Shown piece by piece: positions 13,480 through 28,265 of a stretch of 64,000 nucleotides of DNA (position 1 is the first letter of the stretch; each line of letters starts with the position of its first letter). The stretch is taken from contig OX597819.1 of the NCBI GenBank assembly GCA_951406725.2, positions 119,598,001 through 119,662,000 on the forward strand, written 5' to 3'. Below the pieces are notes generated by a model. It was given only the letters and a program-made list of their open reading frames with translations, searched no databases and was not told where the DNA came from. The position numbers and the translations under genes are program-made. The stretch comes from Octopus vulgaris (taxonomy: Eukaryota).

Positions 13480-14700
13480 TTGTGTTAGAGTTTTATTTTC
13501 CAGATTACTAAATTGTAGGATGCAGCGTGAAATTCAAGATTGCAATAGATAAGCAAACATTTCTGTTGCGGGTCTCAAACTTATGCAGTATAATTATAGA
13601 GAATTATCAACCTGTTATGGTTTTGAACAGTTGAAACAGCTTTAACAAGGGCTTCATAGAAGAACGAAATGAATTGTTAACTTGTGGCAGTTGAAGCTTA
13701 AATCAGGAAAATGGTTGGCATCGTTCAAGTGTGAGTGAGAAATGAAAGTTGATAATGCTATGGTTTCCGTTTGCATGAATGATTTATTACGTAAAGTAGA
13801 TTAGGTACGATGGAGAAACAAATGCATCTTTCATTTCCCCATTTGTGTTTTCACCCAACATCACCAGATAATGCTTCAATTAATAGAACATCATCTTACA
13901 AGCTTGTTCTCATGTCTATCATAAGTCTGTGTTCTTCTGTGATTACAGGCATTCTTGTTTGATACGATGAAATGTGGTCTACAATTGTTGTAACATTCTA
14001 ATAAGAGAGATTGAGCATCAGTCAACCTTTTGCGTATAATTTAGTAATTTGGTTAGTTTCTTTATTCGCTTTCTTGAGAAAAAGAAATAGCTAACAGCTA
14101 CTCGAAATATATATTTCTTTATTGCCCACAAGGGGCTAAACATAGAGGGGACAAACAAAGAAAGATAAAGGGATTAATTCGATTACATCGATCCCAGTGA
14201 GTAACTGGTACTTTATTTATCGACCCCGAAAGGATGAAACGCAAAGTCGACCTCGGCGGAATTTGAACTCAGAACGTAACAGCAGACGAAATACGGCTAT
14301 GCATTTCGCCCGGCGTGCTAACGATTCTGCCAACTCGCCGCCTTATATAACGCGTCATATTGCTTGCCGATATGCTTATTAAGGAAGATGACTCATCTGT
14401 GTCTTCCTAGAGCAGACCGTTCAAACAAACGACATTCGTGGGAATTATTACTGTGCATGATCTTTGGTAAGAAATTTTATTTGCTGTCTTAATATATTAT
14501 TGCGACAACATCCTTCCAACTAGTTAATACAGCATATGTTGAAATGTTGATCTGTCTTCAAGAATTTTGAGAGAATGACACCGAATGAATCGAAAGTTAA
14601 GATAGATCTGAATTTCATTATATTATGGTGAAATGATATTCGGTGTTGCATATGGCGCCCGCTGAAAATACATGACCAACTATAAGAATACGATCAGGAA
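13480..14700 (+). pseudogene. Decayed GRL101-like GPCR (LRR-hinge-TM1-TM3), split by a SINE
   Basis: GFEQLKQL (LRR-like), TSSYKL (cf. SDNYKLCC), LADMLI (TM2 AD motif) and NDIRGNYYCA*SLVRNFICCL (cf. D..YRGNY...WR.S.LC) occur in the expected order. Confidence 0.45.
14115..14342 (-). mobile_element. SINE (same family as 5185-5409)
   Basis: Full-length match to the other copies. Confidence 0.9.
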
Positions 14701-16439
14701 TATTCTCCAGCGTAGGGCGTGGTACGCCCCAGAAATCTAACAGATATTTCCGACCTTTCTAATGTGACATAGAAAAATTGTTTTCTTCAAACTTATTTTA
14801 AATAAGCAATATCCAGAAATGGAAATCAGACCCTTACACACATAAAACGTACTGACGTCACAAATTATTAATTTGAAAAATTGTATGCGGCACGGTGTCT
14901 TTAGAACATTTTTTTATTGACCAATAAAATTCTTATTTTACAAAGGCGTTTACTTTCATTTCTTTACAAGAAGACTATACTTTATAATAAATATTCCCGC
15001 GAAATTTTGTCCTTGCTATTAAAATTTGCATCACCCAGTATTTCATTTCAAACTCGATAAACATCGCATGTAAGACAACGCATTACATATAGTTCTCCAA
15101 ATAATTAATGATTTGATCTAACCCCTATCTAATATAGTTTCACTTTAACTTTAGCGTATTGATCGTTTTTAAGAGTTGAAAATTCTCCCTTCTAATTCTG
15201 GATCTTTGAATTTGAGATTAGTTCGTAGAAGATTATGATCCGTGTCAAATGCACGGGATTTCCTGTCATCATTCATAACTTCCCTTCTAGTTTGATCATA
15301 ATCTATGAATATTTCTTGAAACCTGGATGCATACAAATTCCTTTGAGGAAGGCTTTATGTTCAAAGAGCGTGTTACATATTGTAAAATTCCATTCTGCGC
15401 AGATTTGTTGCAAATATAAACTAATGGAATTTCACTTGGATAGTTCCACTCTATAATACTCTAGAGAGCACCATATTTCAACATTTTCGTCAATTCCTGA
15501 GTTGAAGATTCTTTATTACTTTATTGCCAACATGAATTTTCCGAAGAAATAATTTTCGTTGCTCATAAATTAGATTTGTGTTTCAATAGAATAAGTCTTT
15601 GTTGTGTATAGGCAATGATGAATATCCTCCATCGAACACAGGATGCACAAAGGTCAGAAGCATAAATTTATCACTGAAACCATACCGCAGTTCAGTGAGA
15701 TATGACAGTAATATTGTCCTAATTGCAAAACCCATTCTGGAATTCTTCCTCAAAATAATATCTCTACCAAGCCAGCATATTGTACATACGTCACTTATTT
15801 CAGCATATTTAATATCAGCACCAAAACAGCTCTTATAGAAATAGATTTTATCGCCGCTGTAAGTTGCAAGATCATAATGCAGTTTTCTTTAGGCAGATCT
15901 CTCATTGTCTGCCAAAGATATTAGATTTCATCAGCTAAGAAGAATATCAGACGTTTGCTTTCTGGATCGAGCAGACTTTCCTGTTGACACCTTCTGCTAC
16001 AAAGCTTCGAACTGAAGTCTAGCGAATTCTTCTTCGTATTTAAATGAGCTTACTCAAGATGTCATTCTAACGTATCCTGTCCTGGGTAAATCACTCTACC
16101 GTAGACTCACATCCTCCAAGCGACGTAAGCGAATTAGTATGGGTGGAAATTGTGTAATTAAGTAAATGCTCGATGGAGGGGTACTACATGTACTTCAAAT
16201 GTTCTACCTTGTAAGAATCGAGATCCTTAATGGTGCAGTCAATATTTGTTTAAAATGCCTGCGACATAATTAAACACTTCGCAAAACTTTTCAAACGGTA
16301 GATCGCTCAGGTGATACAACAACGATCCGTATCGTTACATATACTTACTTGATTGATCCTTCTGTCATCACAGTTGGACTGCTGTCGTGGGATCTTGTTC
16401 TTGAAGGAAGGCTTGTATCGATTTACATAGAGGTTTCCC

Positions 16440-16678
16440 ACCTGGATGAGATGCCGGTCCGTCACAGGTGAGCTGCAAGATGCAGGAGGAAAGAGTGAGA
16501 GAAAGTTGGAGCAAAAGAGTACAACAGAGATCGCCATCCCCACCCCCGTGCCGGAGCTTCGTGGAGCTTTTAGGTGTTTTCGCTCAATAAACACACATAA
16601 CGCCCCGTGTAGGAATCGAAACCGCGATCCTCCGACTGCGAGTCCTCTGCCCTAAACACTGGGCCATTGCGTCTCCAT
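16440..16678 (-). mobile_element. tRNA-derived SINE (GGAGGCGCAATGGCCCAGTG family)
   Basis: Homologous to 30680-30925 (-), 35338-35640 (+) and 46805-46970 (+). Confidence 0.8.
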
Positions 16679-16693
16679 ATATATATATATATA

Positions 16694-17756
16694 TTCTTCT
16701 TCTTCTTCTTTCCCCCGTCTGTCTTGATAGACAATGGGTCGCGCCAAGGGTGGGGCCTACTTTGATGATGGGCAGCGTCTGCTGTGACTGAACAGTCCAA
16801 TTCTGGAGTGGCAGTCCCTGGTACAGTTGCTGCACACGAACATCGATGGGTACGTGTGGGGTGTTGCTGCAGTTGTCCTCCTCCTGTCCCACCTGTCCGA
16901 CCACAGCTGTGCTCTCCTTTCCTCAGCCATGGAAACGCCTTTCCTCACTGTCCGACGCCAGGCAGAGCGGTCAGCAGCTGTTACCTCCCACGTGTCCCCA
17001 CAGATGTTGGCAGCCCTCAGGTTGCGCTTGCACACATCCCTGTATCGTAGCTGTGGACGTCGCTTGGGTCGGGATCCCGTGGTGAGTTCGCTGTACAGGA
17101 TGTCTTTAGGCATGCGACAGTCCTGCATGCGGCAGACGTGTCCGAGCCAGCGCAGTCGTCTCCGCACGAGGAGGGCATGCATGCTTGACATATTAGTCTG
17201 TTCTAGGATGACTCCGTTTGGTACTCGGTCCTTCCAGGAGATGCCAAGGATCCGTCGAAGACACCGCATGTGGAAGCCTGCTGAGGCGGCATTCTTGCCG
17301 GGTGTATGTTGTCCAGCTCTCGCTGCCGTAGAGTGGGGTACTCAGCACGCAGGCTCGGTACACTGCGATCTTGGTGGTTATTGTGAGCATTTTGTTTTCC
17401 CACACTATCTTGGAGAGCTTACCCATGGCAGCAGCAGCCTTCCCAGTCCGTCTGTTCAGCTCCGGCTCGAGGGACAGGTTGCTGGAGACCGTATATCCCA
17501 GTTAAGTGAACTCGTTCACCACCTGCAAGCTGTGGTCGCCGACACTGATGCTGGGGACTCCTCCGACGTCCTGGCCCATGATCTCTGTCTTTTTCAGGCC
17601 GATGGTAAGGCCGAACTCTTGGCAGGCATCCGCCAGGGAGCTGACCAAGCCTCTGGAGACCCGGCTGGTTGTGTGATGTTAGGGCGGCATCGTCAGCAAA
17701 GAGGATCTCTCTGATCAGCACCTGACGGACTTTGGTCTTAGCTCTGAGGCGCGCAA
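16694..17756 (-). mobile_element. 5'-truncated RTE-clade LINE
   Basis: REILFADDAAL RT motif, MRCLRRILGISWKDRVPN, RRLRWLGHVCRM and C-terminal CSNC..CHSRIGLFSH. Has a (GAA)n tail and frameshifts. Confidence 0.92.
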
Positions 17757-18139
17757 GATATATATGAATGGTAGGTATGTTTAGAATTTTACCTGACAAT
17801 GGCGAATTGCATATTATGAAGTTAATTTCTGTCACTACATGGGATAAATTTCTGTCATAAATTTTAAACATTTGTGTTTAATTCACTCCCTTACGCGCGC
17901 TCACACACATTTATAAATATACAACATACATACATGTACATTCATATACACAACATGCAAACATACATCTCTATATGTGCGCGCGCGCGTGTGTGTGTAA
18001 ACTGATAGGGCTTCCTCACTGCTTAAGTCTAATGTATTCACTCACAAGTCATTAGCCTACACTGGTTTGTAGTAAAATACACTTGCTGAAGGTGACACGC
18101 AGCGGCACAGGACTTCTTAAACACAGACCCATTCTTGCA

Positions 18140-18801
18140 AAAATTTCGTGAAGATTCTCTTATAGCAGGCAGAAGCAGCATGGAAGCATATTTGAAATGT
18201 TACTTAGGCAGATTAGCTGCATTAATTCCTCTGATGTCTTAGCCTCAAGGTGATATAATGAAATTAATCTCTCGTTTAGATGACTTCCTCTCAGATATTG
18301 AACGGCGTTCAGTCGTGTACATTTGCACATTTGCCCGTAAAAGCTGACATTAAATAGTTTTATTTAATTACCTTAATGAATCTAGTAATTTGAAATCCTA
18401 TTCTTTTCAAACATTTACTCGTAGCAGCAAAACGCCTGCGACATTTTTGCTTCGATTGCAACTTTATCCAACGAGACAGTTGCCATGTTGAAAATTTTTA
18501 AACCAACATTATGTGAAGAATTATATATATATATATATATGAAATTCAACAAACACCTATTTTATATACACGAAATAAAGTAGAAATGAAATTTAGAAAT
18601 TGTTTCGGACTTGTATCTGGCATTCTTTGAATATTTACGAGGAATCATTTATACGAACAGACAAATAGAGAAAATATACATAAATATACTGTCCTATTAA
18701 CATGCCGGCAGAATATTTATGTGTCTGCAGGCGAATACACGAATACCTATCGATACACACTCAAATACACATACGCGCACACACATACACGCATACATAT
18801 G

Positions 18802-18860
<59 letters not shown>

Positions 18861-18873
18861 GTGTGTGTGTGTG

Positions 18874-18925
<52 letters not shown>

Positions 18926-21100
18926 TATATTCATATTATATAATTATATATATGGGTTTGTATGTAACCAATTTATATATATGTATATATGTGTATGTGC
19001 ATGTGTGTGTACGTGTGGGTATTATGTGTGTCAGTTATTTATTCCCATAAAAATAAAGACATACCTGTATATGTATATATATATTTATGTGTATATAATT
19101 GTATATATGGGGTGAATTATATCAAGACATTTACACACACCGTGAGACATACATACCTATACATCTATTTCACATAGTGATGCAACACATACTCACGTTG
19201 CATAGATTTCAGTTATATATATATATGTGTATATATATATATATATATAGACAGAGAGGCACAGAGAAATCCATTAGTCACGATCGTCATTACATATGTT
19301 AGGTCATTCATGTTACTCGTATCTCTCTGTATGTCATATCAATCATATTTATGGCATTTACGATCTTATGATGTCAGGATATCATACTATCGGAAATAGT
19401 GATATCACCATATATTATAAGGAAAGTTACAGCAGTAGCAATCTTCCAGACTTTAATTTCAAAGTTTCCTCAGTATTGTATATCAGTTTAGCGGTAGGAA
19501 TGTAAATAATGCAATATCGATTAAAATATAATTTTCTCTTTTTGCTTTCAAGGATCCTTAGTTTAAATAGTAAAGTTAAATTAAAATGTCTTCCATATTT
19601 ATTTTCCTCTAAATAGACATTGATATGGTCAACATTAATAGTTTAGTAGGCTACTGGCTAAATAGGCTGAGGCTCTGCGACGTCTATGTATACTATTTAA
19701 TGCATCAGGCTCACTTATAAACTAATCGCTATCTCTATGTAATAGAAGCTAATATAAGTATTGCTCTGTTAGTCTTTCGGTCGGCTGGTCGGCTGGTCGG
19801 CTGGTCGGTCGGTTGGTTGGTTGGTTGATTGGTTGGTTGGCTGGTTGTTTGGTTGGTTGGTTGCTTGGTTGGTTGTTTAGTTGGATCTCCAATTACGCTT
19901 TATATTACAGAATCGTTAGCACTCCGGGCGGAATGTGTAGCCGTATTTCGTCTGCCGTGACGTTCTGAGTTCAAATTCTGCCGAGGTCGACTTTGCCTTT
20001 CATCCTTCCGGGGTCGATAAATAAAGTACTAGTTACGCACTGGGGTCGATGTAATCGACTTAATCCCCCTATATGTCGTTGTTTGTCCCCACTATGTTTA
20101 GCCCCTTATGGGCAATAAAGAAATATATATTACATAGAGAGGTTGCAGAGAGAAAGGGAGAGTAAAAGAGATATACGTAGAGAGTTCAAATAAGGGGTAC
20201 ATGATAGACGATACTGTATGAGACACTACACACACACACACAAACACACACACATACACTCTGGGTGAAAAAATTATAGAGGCAAACGATGGGGAGAAGA
20301 CGTGAAGAAGAGGAAGAGATGGTAAAGACTAAGAAGAAAGAAAGGAAGAAAGAAAGGAGAGCAGGATCGTGTAAACGACAGTAACGGGTGGTGTTAAACG
20401 CATAACAAATTTATTTAATTAGATGAGGTAATAAACATCCTTTGTTTTTAAAACTTCATAGTCTTTTCATCATTTTATATAATTAGCAAGAAATTTGATA
20501 AAAATGAAATTTTAATTAGAATATATATGTATATATGGTGTATTTCATTATATTGTCGATGGTAGGAAAACTTCACTTCCAGAGTATACATATGATACGC
20601 AAAACTAACGATTATGACAATTGTATATTTGGATTCTTTGAGTTTAAGGTAACGGGGAATTCTTCCACGTAATCGTTCTTCTTCCTCAATGTAATACCTA
20701 TAATTAGGCCGATACATGTAGCCAAGAAAGGCGTCTCCGTTTAGAAATCTCAGTATAATGTGTCATTTTATCAAAGTTTCTATTATGATAATTCCTACTG
20801 AATACAATATACTTTTATGAAACCGTCATTATAGAAGCAGTCGAAGCGGTAACAGTAACATCTATATTCCATGTGTGCTGTGTTCCTTGAATTTTGATTA
20901 TTTGTAACACACTTAACGTTTATAGTCATCTCTTAAAATCTGAGGATTACTGAAGACCTGACCTGTTCTCTGACCAATGGAGAAATTGCCTGGTTACCGG
21001 ATGCTGCGCGTATGCTTACCAATGTGGAAACAGTTCAATGAGCGGATTTAGTTAATTGGAAGAGAAAAAGCGTCAACAGGAACAGCAGGGGATGAGTCAT
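18140..21100 (+). pseudogene. Possible decayed GRL101-like GPCR fragmented by microsatellites and a SINE
   Basis: LRHFCFDCNFIQ (LRR-like, ~18437). TIVYLDSLSLR*RGILP (TM3 end, ~20617). VLCSLNF (TM5-like, ~20875). EIAWL...LTN (TM6-like, ~20982). Confidence 0.3.
19908..20125 (+). mobile_element. SINE (same family as 5185-5409)
   Basis: Match to the family; slightly 5'-truncated. Confidence 0.88.
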
Positions 21101-22412
21101 GTTAGATTCAACATAGCTGTTCAATTCAATATAAATTAGGAAAAAATAATAGATTACAGAAATAAACAGTTGCTTAAAAGTGAATCATAAATGGTTTATC
21201 GTAAGTGACACGCTAGCGTTGTGTATGGTCCCCCAGCAACATTTTTGACGCGAAACACGACACCAAGAATGCGCTGTTCATGCTAAGGTTGTCCGATTGG
21301 TGCGACGTTGGAAACGAAGCATGACCACGGGTGCTGGCTTATGGATTCTAAACAGATCAGTTCCGGTTCCAAGAAGCACTTTGCGAAACGGTTTTTGAGT
21401 GGAGTAAGACTGAAGATTTTGTTCCTACCTCTATAGTTTAGCGCATCTTTGGAGCGGCAAGGCAGAGTGTTTTGAATAGCAGAGTTCAACGAAGGCGTTA
21501 ATGAAATACGATGCCATTGCACGATGCACCTATCGCTGGTATTTGATGGACTGTCTAAGGAGCTCTATTTTCACATACCAGACTTGGAAGTCAGTCGTCT
21601 ACTCTAGCTAGTTAAAGGTTTTAAGCCTTTCCAGAGGGTTTCTGAGACTGGTGAGGCTGTTCCTCATAAACGTAAGACTAAGAGCCATAATTCTGTTCAA
21701 ACCAGATTTAAAAAGTGATGAAATAATTCTTCAAGAAGTTGATGTTTATCATTAGTAGCGCATCCTTTGAAGCGCAAACGTGTACCATTCCGGCACACCT
21801 TTCGACAAGATCCAACGATTCGGCTTCATTGTAAGCGCGCCGGAAATAGAACTGCTTTTTTTTTCTGACTGATAATTTTCGATTAGTCTGGAGTTTTTGA
21901 TAGGTTTGGTCATCGCTAACTGGCAGTCTTTCTAAAAGCAGTGAATTTCGTTTCATTCTTCAGAGGCCGCAACGCTACAATGTACTGTGGTATCTGGTCA
22001 ATGGTCAGATTAACCCATTACCTCTCGGAACTTTTCAGCATAGAATATTCGCTCGTCCACGATGCCTTCTCGTCCATCCCCTTTGTGCTTTAGGTAATTC
22101 TGCAGAGAATAGAATCATAGAAGTACATGCCATTTTAACGTCGGTCACAGGAGGGCCGTATTTTGCATATGCTGGTGTGTAACGGTTACGATACCTTTGG
22201 GGGTAGAGAAGCAATCGACAGCTTGGCAGAGGAATATCAGAGGTGCACTGGCTGATTGCATCAGCCGGAAAGGATTGCTGGCTTCCAACTTAACGTGAGT
22301 GCTGAAACAGAAAAAGTAACCGGCAGGGATTGTACTATTTGATCAACGTCTTACAAATCTCTTCACTTAAATAGACAGGGGTATATATGTATGTATATAT
22401 ATAAATATATAT

Positions 22413-22465
<53 letters not shown>

Positions 22466-22469
22466 ATAT

Positions 22470-22502
<33 letters not shown>

Positions 22503-22635
22503 GAGAGAGAGAAGTTTATATGCCAACAGAATGTGGCAGTCCTAGAAATGACGATGTTACTATTGTTTGAGCCCCAGGAAACATCATTTCCAGCTGGCTA
22601 TCGACACAGTTTGCGTTCGTATAGAAGTTTGCATC

Positions 22636-22676
<41 letters not shown>

Positions 22677-22734
22677 ACTTATACTGTCATGCACATACAT
22701 GTATATACATACACACACATATGTATGTATGTGC

Positions 22735-22776
<42 letters not shown>

Positions 22777-22829
22777 CGTGTGCGTGTGTCTGTATGTTTG
22801 TAAGTATATATCACTCATAGTTGTCCAAA

Positions 22830-23332
22830 CAATTTTAGGAAACTTTGAGCAAGATAAAGTTGCAAGAGATTAAGAATTAGTCTCCAGATATATTCGCAAG
22901 TTTAGATAAACAGACGTCTGATATTTATTTGCAGACCAGAGGTAATATTTCTTAATATCTAAAAGTCAAATGAATGATCCTGTATTCATCGTGACACTAT
23001 GGTGTCAAATACGATACCATAAATAGAAATGTTTATAGTCGTCACTTTTATGTACGTAAATAGAAGTCAGCCGTTTCTACAAATACTCTTACTCTTTACT
23101 GGTTTCAGTCATTTGACTGGGGCCATGCTGGAGCACCGCCTTTATTCGAAAGAAATCGACCCCAGGACTTATTCCTTATAAGACTAGTACTTATTCTATC
23201 GATCTTTTTTGCCGAACTGTTAAGTTACGGGGACATAAACACAGCAGATTTGGTTGTCAAGCGATCTTGGTGGGGGTCAACACAGACACAAAAACATACA
23301 CACACAAACACGCACACACATACATACGCACG

Positions 23333-23371
<39 letters not shown>

Positions 23372-24120
23372 GTATATATTTATATATATATATATACGGC
23401 GGGCTTCTTTCAGTTTCCATCTACCAAATCCACTCACAAGGCTTTGGTCGGCTATAGTAGAAGGCACATGCCCAAGCTCTCACGCATTGGGACTGATCCC
23501 GGAACCATGTAGTTGGTAAGCAAGCTACGTACCACACAGCCACCCCTGCGCATATTTGTTACTCTATTTCGAAAAAGGATGAACTTTTTAAAATATTTCT
23601 TCTGTTTTAAAGATCCTCTAACAAATACCGCTTGGTTTATTTTTACGGCGCTCATGTGTACATTTTGACTTAATTCTGTGAATACAACAGAAACGTCTGC
23701 GAAGTGTCTCTGTGATTATCTTGTTGAAAATACCAACATGTTGCTTTATCCGGGAGGTGAATATTTCTAATGACATCGTTAATACATTTCCTAGTAAGTA
23801 ACTTGTCTACTAGCAATTAATTTCCACACTGTTAGAGTACAGTCGATCTCTGCATATTAGGTCCAAAGTCGGTTTTATAATGCGGATTTCAATAGTATTC
23901 CCGTCTTCTGCGTAAATTATCGATGGCCTTTTATTCTCAGTATTATAGTATCGGAAACGTAAAATTCTACCGGGTACCACTGCTGTGTACTGTTGCAACC
24001 CAAGGTTTTCTGTTCAAAAATAAGACATTACAATGTTCAAATTTGAGGTATAATTTAATTGGCGATTTGATTTTTGATTCTTATATTTTTAAGGTTTCAT
24101 CAAATCCCATAGATAATAAT
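22830..24120 (+). pseudogene. Possible decayed GRL101-like GPCR interrupted by a SINE
   Basis: QEIKN*SPDIFASLDKQTSDIYLQTRGNIS (LRR, ~22863-22950). KDELF / CFKDPLTNTAWFIF (hinge-TM1-like, ~23575-23645). CLCDYLV (TM2-like). Confidence 0.35.
23085..23552 (-). mobile_element. SINE with internal (CA)/(TA) tract (GGCGCAGGAGTGGCTGTGTGG family)
   Basis: Homologous to 24445-24810, 32025-32418 and 41550-41905 (-), and 58678-59090 (+). Has a tRNA-like head GGTTCAGTCCC. Confidence 0.88.
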
Positions 24121-24444
24121 TAATTTTAATTTTAAATTTTATATTATAGTTCATGTCAGTGTCTCCATTAAATATAGCAATATGCTAAAGTAATTTTAGT
24201 AAGCACAAATTGGAAAAGATCTAGAAATATGGCCTCTAAAAACGTTTACAATCATTCACATATATCATGTAATACTGTCGTTCCCTCAAACTTGTTGTAA
24301 ATTCATGGTTAACTTCTGTGTAATTATTAGATTAAGAGGTAGACATAGTAGTGGAAGGGGAACAAAACTTTATGATAGTGGCGGACAAACACATACACAG
24401 AGACATACACACATACACGCATATACACACGTGTATGTATGCCT

Positions 24445-24810
24445 CTTTCTCTTTACTCTTTTACTTGTTTTAGTCATTTGACTGCGGCCATGCTGGAGCA
24501 CCACCTTTAATCGAGCAACTCGACCCCGGGACATATTTTTGTAAGCCTAGTACTTATTCTATCGGTCTCTTTTTGTCGGTTGTCAAGCAATGCTAGGGGG
24601 ACAAACACAGACACACAAACACACACACATACATATATACATATATACGACAGGCTTCTTTCAGTTTCCGTCTACCAAATCCACTCACAAGGCATTGGTC
24701 GGCCCGGGGCTATAGCAGAAGACACTTGCCCAAGATGCCACGCAGTGGGACTGAACCCGGAACCATGTGGTTGGTTAGCAATCTACTTACCACACAGCCG
24801 CTCCTGCGCC
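24445..24810 (-). mobile_element. SINE (same family as 23085-23552)
   Basis: Sequence match to the family. Confidence 0.88.
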
Positions 24811-24811
24811 T

Positions 24812-24907
<96 letters not shown>

Positions 24908-24959
24908 AAAAAACAAGTCAAAAATAGAAAATGCTAAGATAATTTTATAGTAAATCTTT

Positions 24960-24997
24960 CAGTACCGGTTTCGGTCATTTTGAGACCTTTTCAACTG
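24960..24997 (-). ncRNA. Minimal hammerhead-like motif with variant core in the Penelope 3' end
   Basis: CAG-TTGAAAA-GGTC(TCAAAAT)GACC-GAAA-CCGG-TA-CTG, with palindromic stem III ACCGGT and a GUA triplet. Confidence 0.6.
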
Positions 24998-25334
24998 TAA
25001 CGATTAAATAATTAAATTTAGAAAAATTAGAAGAAAAGTTTTTTTAAAAGAATATTTCTATAGTAGTGTTCAGATATAAGTAGCATTCTGCCTTTCTCTG
25101 ACTCCCTTGTTTGCACTTGTGTGTTCGAGGTCGTTGTGAGTTCTTGGTAGGGTAGGTGAAGAATAAGGAGGCTGATGTGGAGAGGGGTGGGGAAATCTGG
25201 GAATGCCTTGATGGTCGTATTTTGAATGGTCAGTGGCTAACAGCAGTCGCAGTTCAATTCAGGAATTGTTTATGGAATTTGCGTAGGCGTTATACTGAAA
25301 GACATTAGTGACAAGGTTAAGGGGTGGAAGGTGG

Positions 25335-25510
25335 AGAAGTAGAAGAAGAAGAAGATGACGATGTTGATGATGATGATGAAGAAGAAGAAGAAGAAGAAGA
25401 AGAAGAAGAAGAAGGAGAAGATGATGGTGATGATGGTGGTGATGATGATGACGACGATGATTATGATAATGATGATGATGAAGAAGAAGAGGAAGAAGAA
25501 GAAGAAAAAA
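25335..25510. repeat. (GAA)n/(GAT)n trinucleotide tract inside the Penelope 3' region
   Basis: Direct observation. Confidence 0.95.
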
Positions 25511-26985
25511 ACAGAGAAGGGAGAATATGAATGGGTGAAAGTATATCGGTGATGGGGCTGATTAGTAATGGATTCTATGGAGTGTAATATTTGTGTGTGT
25601 ATATATTTCTTTTATTCTAAAGTTGAGGTATATTAATTGTTTGTCGTAGACCCGTTAAGAAGTGGCTTGTATTTTGTAATAGAGATTTTCTTTACTTATT
25701 CGTTGTCTCGAGGTTGTATCGTCCCTAAATTGGTAGAGGGGGAAAATCCTGAAGTTTGGTGTTTTTTTGTTGGCGCAAGTATCTATGTGTTGGCTAAAAG
25801 CTATTTTTTCTGTTTTGGGGAATTTTTATCTGGGATCTGTGCAGGGCCATTCGTTTACGCAAACCATTTCTTGTTTGGCCTATGTACTGCTCTTGACACC
25901 CGGAGCAGGTTAGTGAGTATATTAGGTTCTCCGAAGCACATGTGAAGTTGCTTTTCACTGTAAACCGTTGTCCCTGTTTGAAGGAGAACTCTGATCCCTC
26001 AATTAGATAGTCGCATATCCCGCAATTGGGTCTTCCACATTTTTTTACTGTCGGCTTCTGTGTTGAAGAGTGAATTCGGGCTTGTGTTAGGAGACTTTTC
26101 ATGGATCTAGGCTGTCTTTTGCTTTTTATGATCGTGTGGGTTTAGAGGATTGTGTTCATTCTGTGGTCTTTTTTTAGGAGGGGTATGTTGTGGAGGATGG
26201 TGCCGAAGGCTTCGTTATTGAGAGGGTTGTGTGTGGAGATGTATGGTAAGGCTTTTGGTTGTAAGTTTTTCTTTGATTTGGGATGTCTCAGTTCCTTGAT
26301 GTTAAGTTGAAGGGCACGTTGAATGCACTTGTCAATAAGTGAAGGTGGATAGTTCCTGGTGATAAGGGTATCTTTTAGTTCTTGTAGTCGTGTGTCTCTG
26401 GTGTTTGCGTTAGAGACTATAGTGCATATCCTTTTTGCTAGATTGAAGGGGATATTCATCCTGGTGTGTCTGGGGTGGCATGAATTGAATGGAAGATATT
26501 GCTTAGAGTCTGTAGGCTTATAGTATATGTCTGTTTCTATTATATTATTAGCTTTCTTAATGAGGATATCGAGGAAGGGGAGTTGTTGCTGGCTATATTC
26601 CATCGTGAATTGGATGTTTACGTCCAGTCCGTTTAAAATTTCCTGGAATTCTATGAGTTTTTCTATATTTTTATGCCAAAGGATGAAACAGTCATCTAGA
26701 TATCTCTTCCAGTTGTTTTCTATGTAGATGGAGAAAGGGCTGTCATATATTTCTAGAACCTTACGATACAGACTGATCTCTAGGTATCCTATGGCTAGGT
26801 TGGCAAAGGAGGGGGCCATTCGTGTACCCATCGCAGTCCCCGATTTTTGTCGGTAGAAGTTGTCATTGAAGGCGAAGAAGTTATTTTCCAGGATGAATTT
26901 AACCCCTTCTATCACAAATTCTTTTTTGATGCGGTGTGGTAGTTCGTTGGCGTGATTCTCTAGCCAGAATTGGATTGGGTGGGAG

Positions 26986-27020
<35 letters not shown>

Positions 27021-27385
27021 ATATTGAGACAGCCTTCAGTCATGAATGATCATGGGATTGCACCTAGGAACTTACTCACCCAGGCACAAGACCGGTCAAG
27101 ATTGTTTATGGAAGACCAAGACCAGCAGTCGCTCATGCATACCTGCCTCCCCTCTCCACGCCACCGGTTATCCAAGGGAAAGCTAAAGGCCAATACAGCT
27201 TGGCACCAGTGACATCACAACTCATTTCTACGACTAAGTGAACCGGAGCAACGTGAAATAAAGTATCTTGCTCAAGAACACAACACGCAGCCCGGTCTGG
27301 GATTCGAACTCACAACCTCATGATCGTAAACTCGACGCTCTACGACTGAGCCATGCGTCTTCACACAAACACACACACACACACA

Positions 27386-27830
<445 letters not shown>

Positions 27831-28032
27831 GTGCGTGTGAAAGAGGGCTGGTGATATTGAAGTGTGCATGTGTGTATGTGTAGGTGTTAAAATGTGGGGA
27901 TGGAATTGGTCAGTGCTGGTGTGTTGTGGTGTGATGTGTTGTGTGGTATGGTGTTGTGTGGTATGGTGTTATGTGGTATGGTGTTATGTGGTATGGTGTT
28001 GTGTGGTATGGTGTTGTGTGGTGTGGTATGAT

Positions 28033-28265
28033 GGCGGCGAGCTGGCTGAATCTTTAGCACGCCGGGCGAAATGCGTAGCCGTATTTCGTCTGCCGTTACG
28101 TTCTGAGATCAGATTCCGCCGAGGTCGACTTTGCCTTTCATCCTTCCGGGGTCGATTAAATAAGTACCAGTTACGCACTGGGGTCGATATAATCGACTTA
28201 ATCCGTTTGTCTGTCCTTGTTTGTCCTCTCTGTGTTTAGCCCATTGTGGGTAGTAAAGAAATAGG
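28033..28265 (+). mobile_element. SINE (same family as 5185-5409), preceded by (GTGTG/GTATG)n
   Basis: Full-length family match. Confidence 0.9.

Larger units (their letters stand above)
24905..26970 (-). mobile_element. Penelope-like retroelement, 5'-truncated: RT, GIY-YIG endonuclease and 3' pseudo-LTR
   Basis: ORF 26142-26915 has SGTAMGTRMAPSFANL, RYLDDCF, LPFLD and TDIYYKPT..YL..SCHP. ORF 25794-26102 has C..PNCGIC and NLIYSLTC..C.EQYIGQT (GIY-YIG). There is a frameshift between the two ORFs. Confidence 0.93.

Noticed and set aside
16827-17714. 295-aa plus-strand ORF, the longest in the track
   Set aside because: It is the antisense frame of the GC-rich RTE LINE.
25324-25552. Acidic poly-E/D and poly-K/M ORFs
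   Set aside because: They are translations of (GAA)n/(GAT)n repeats inside the Penelope 3' region.
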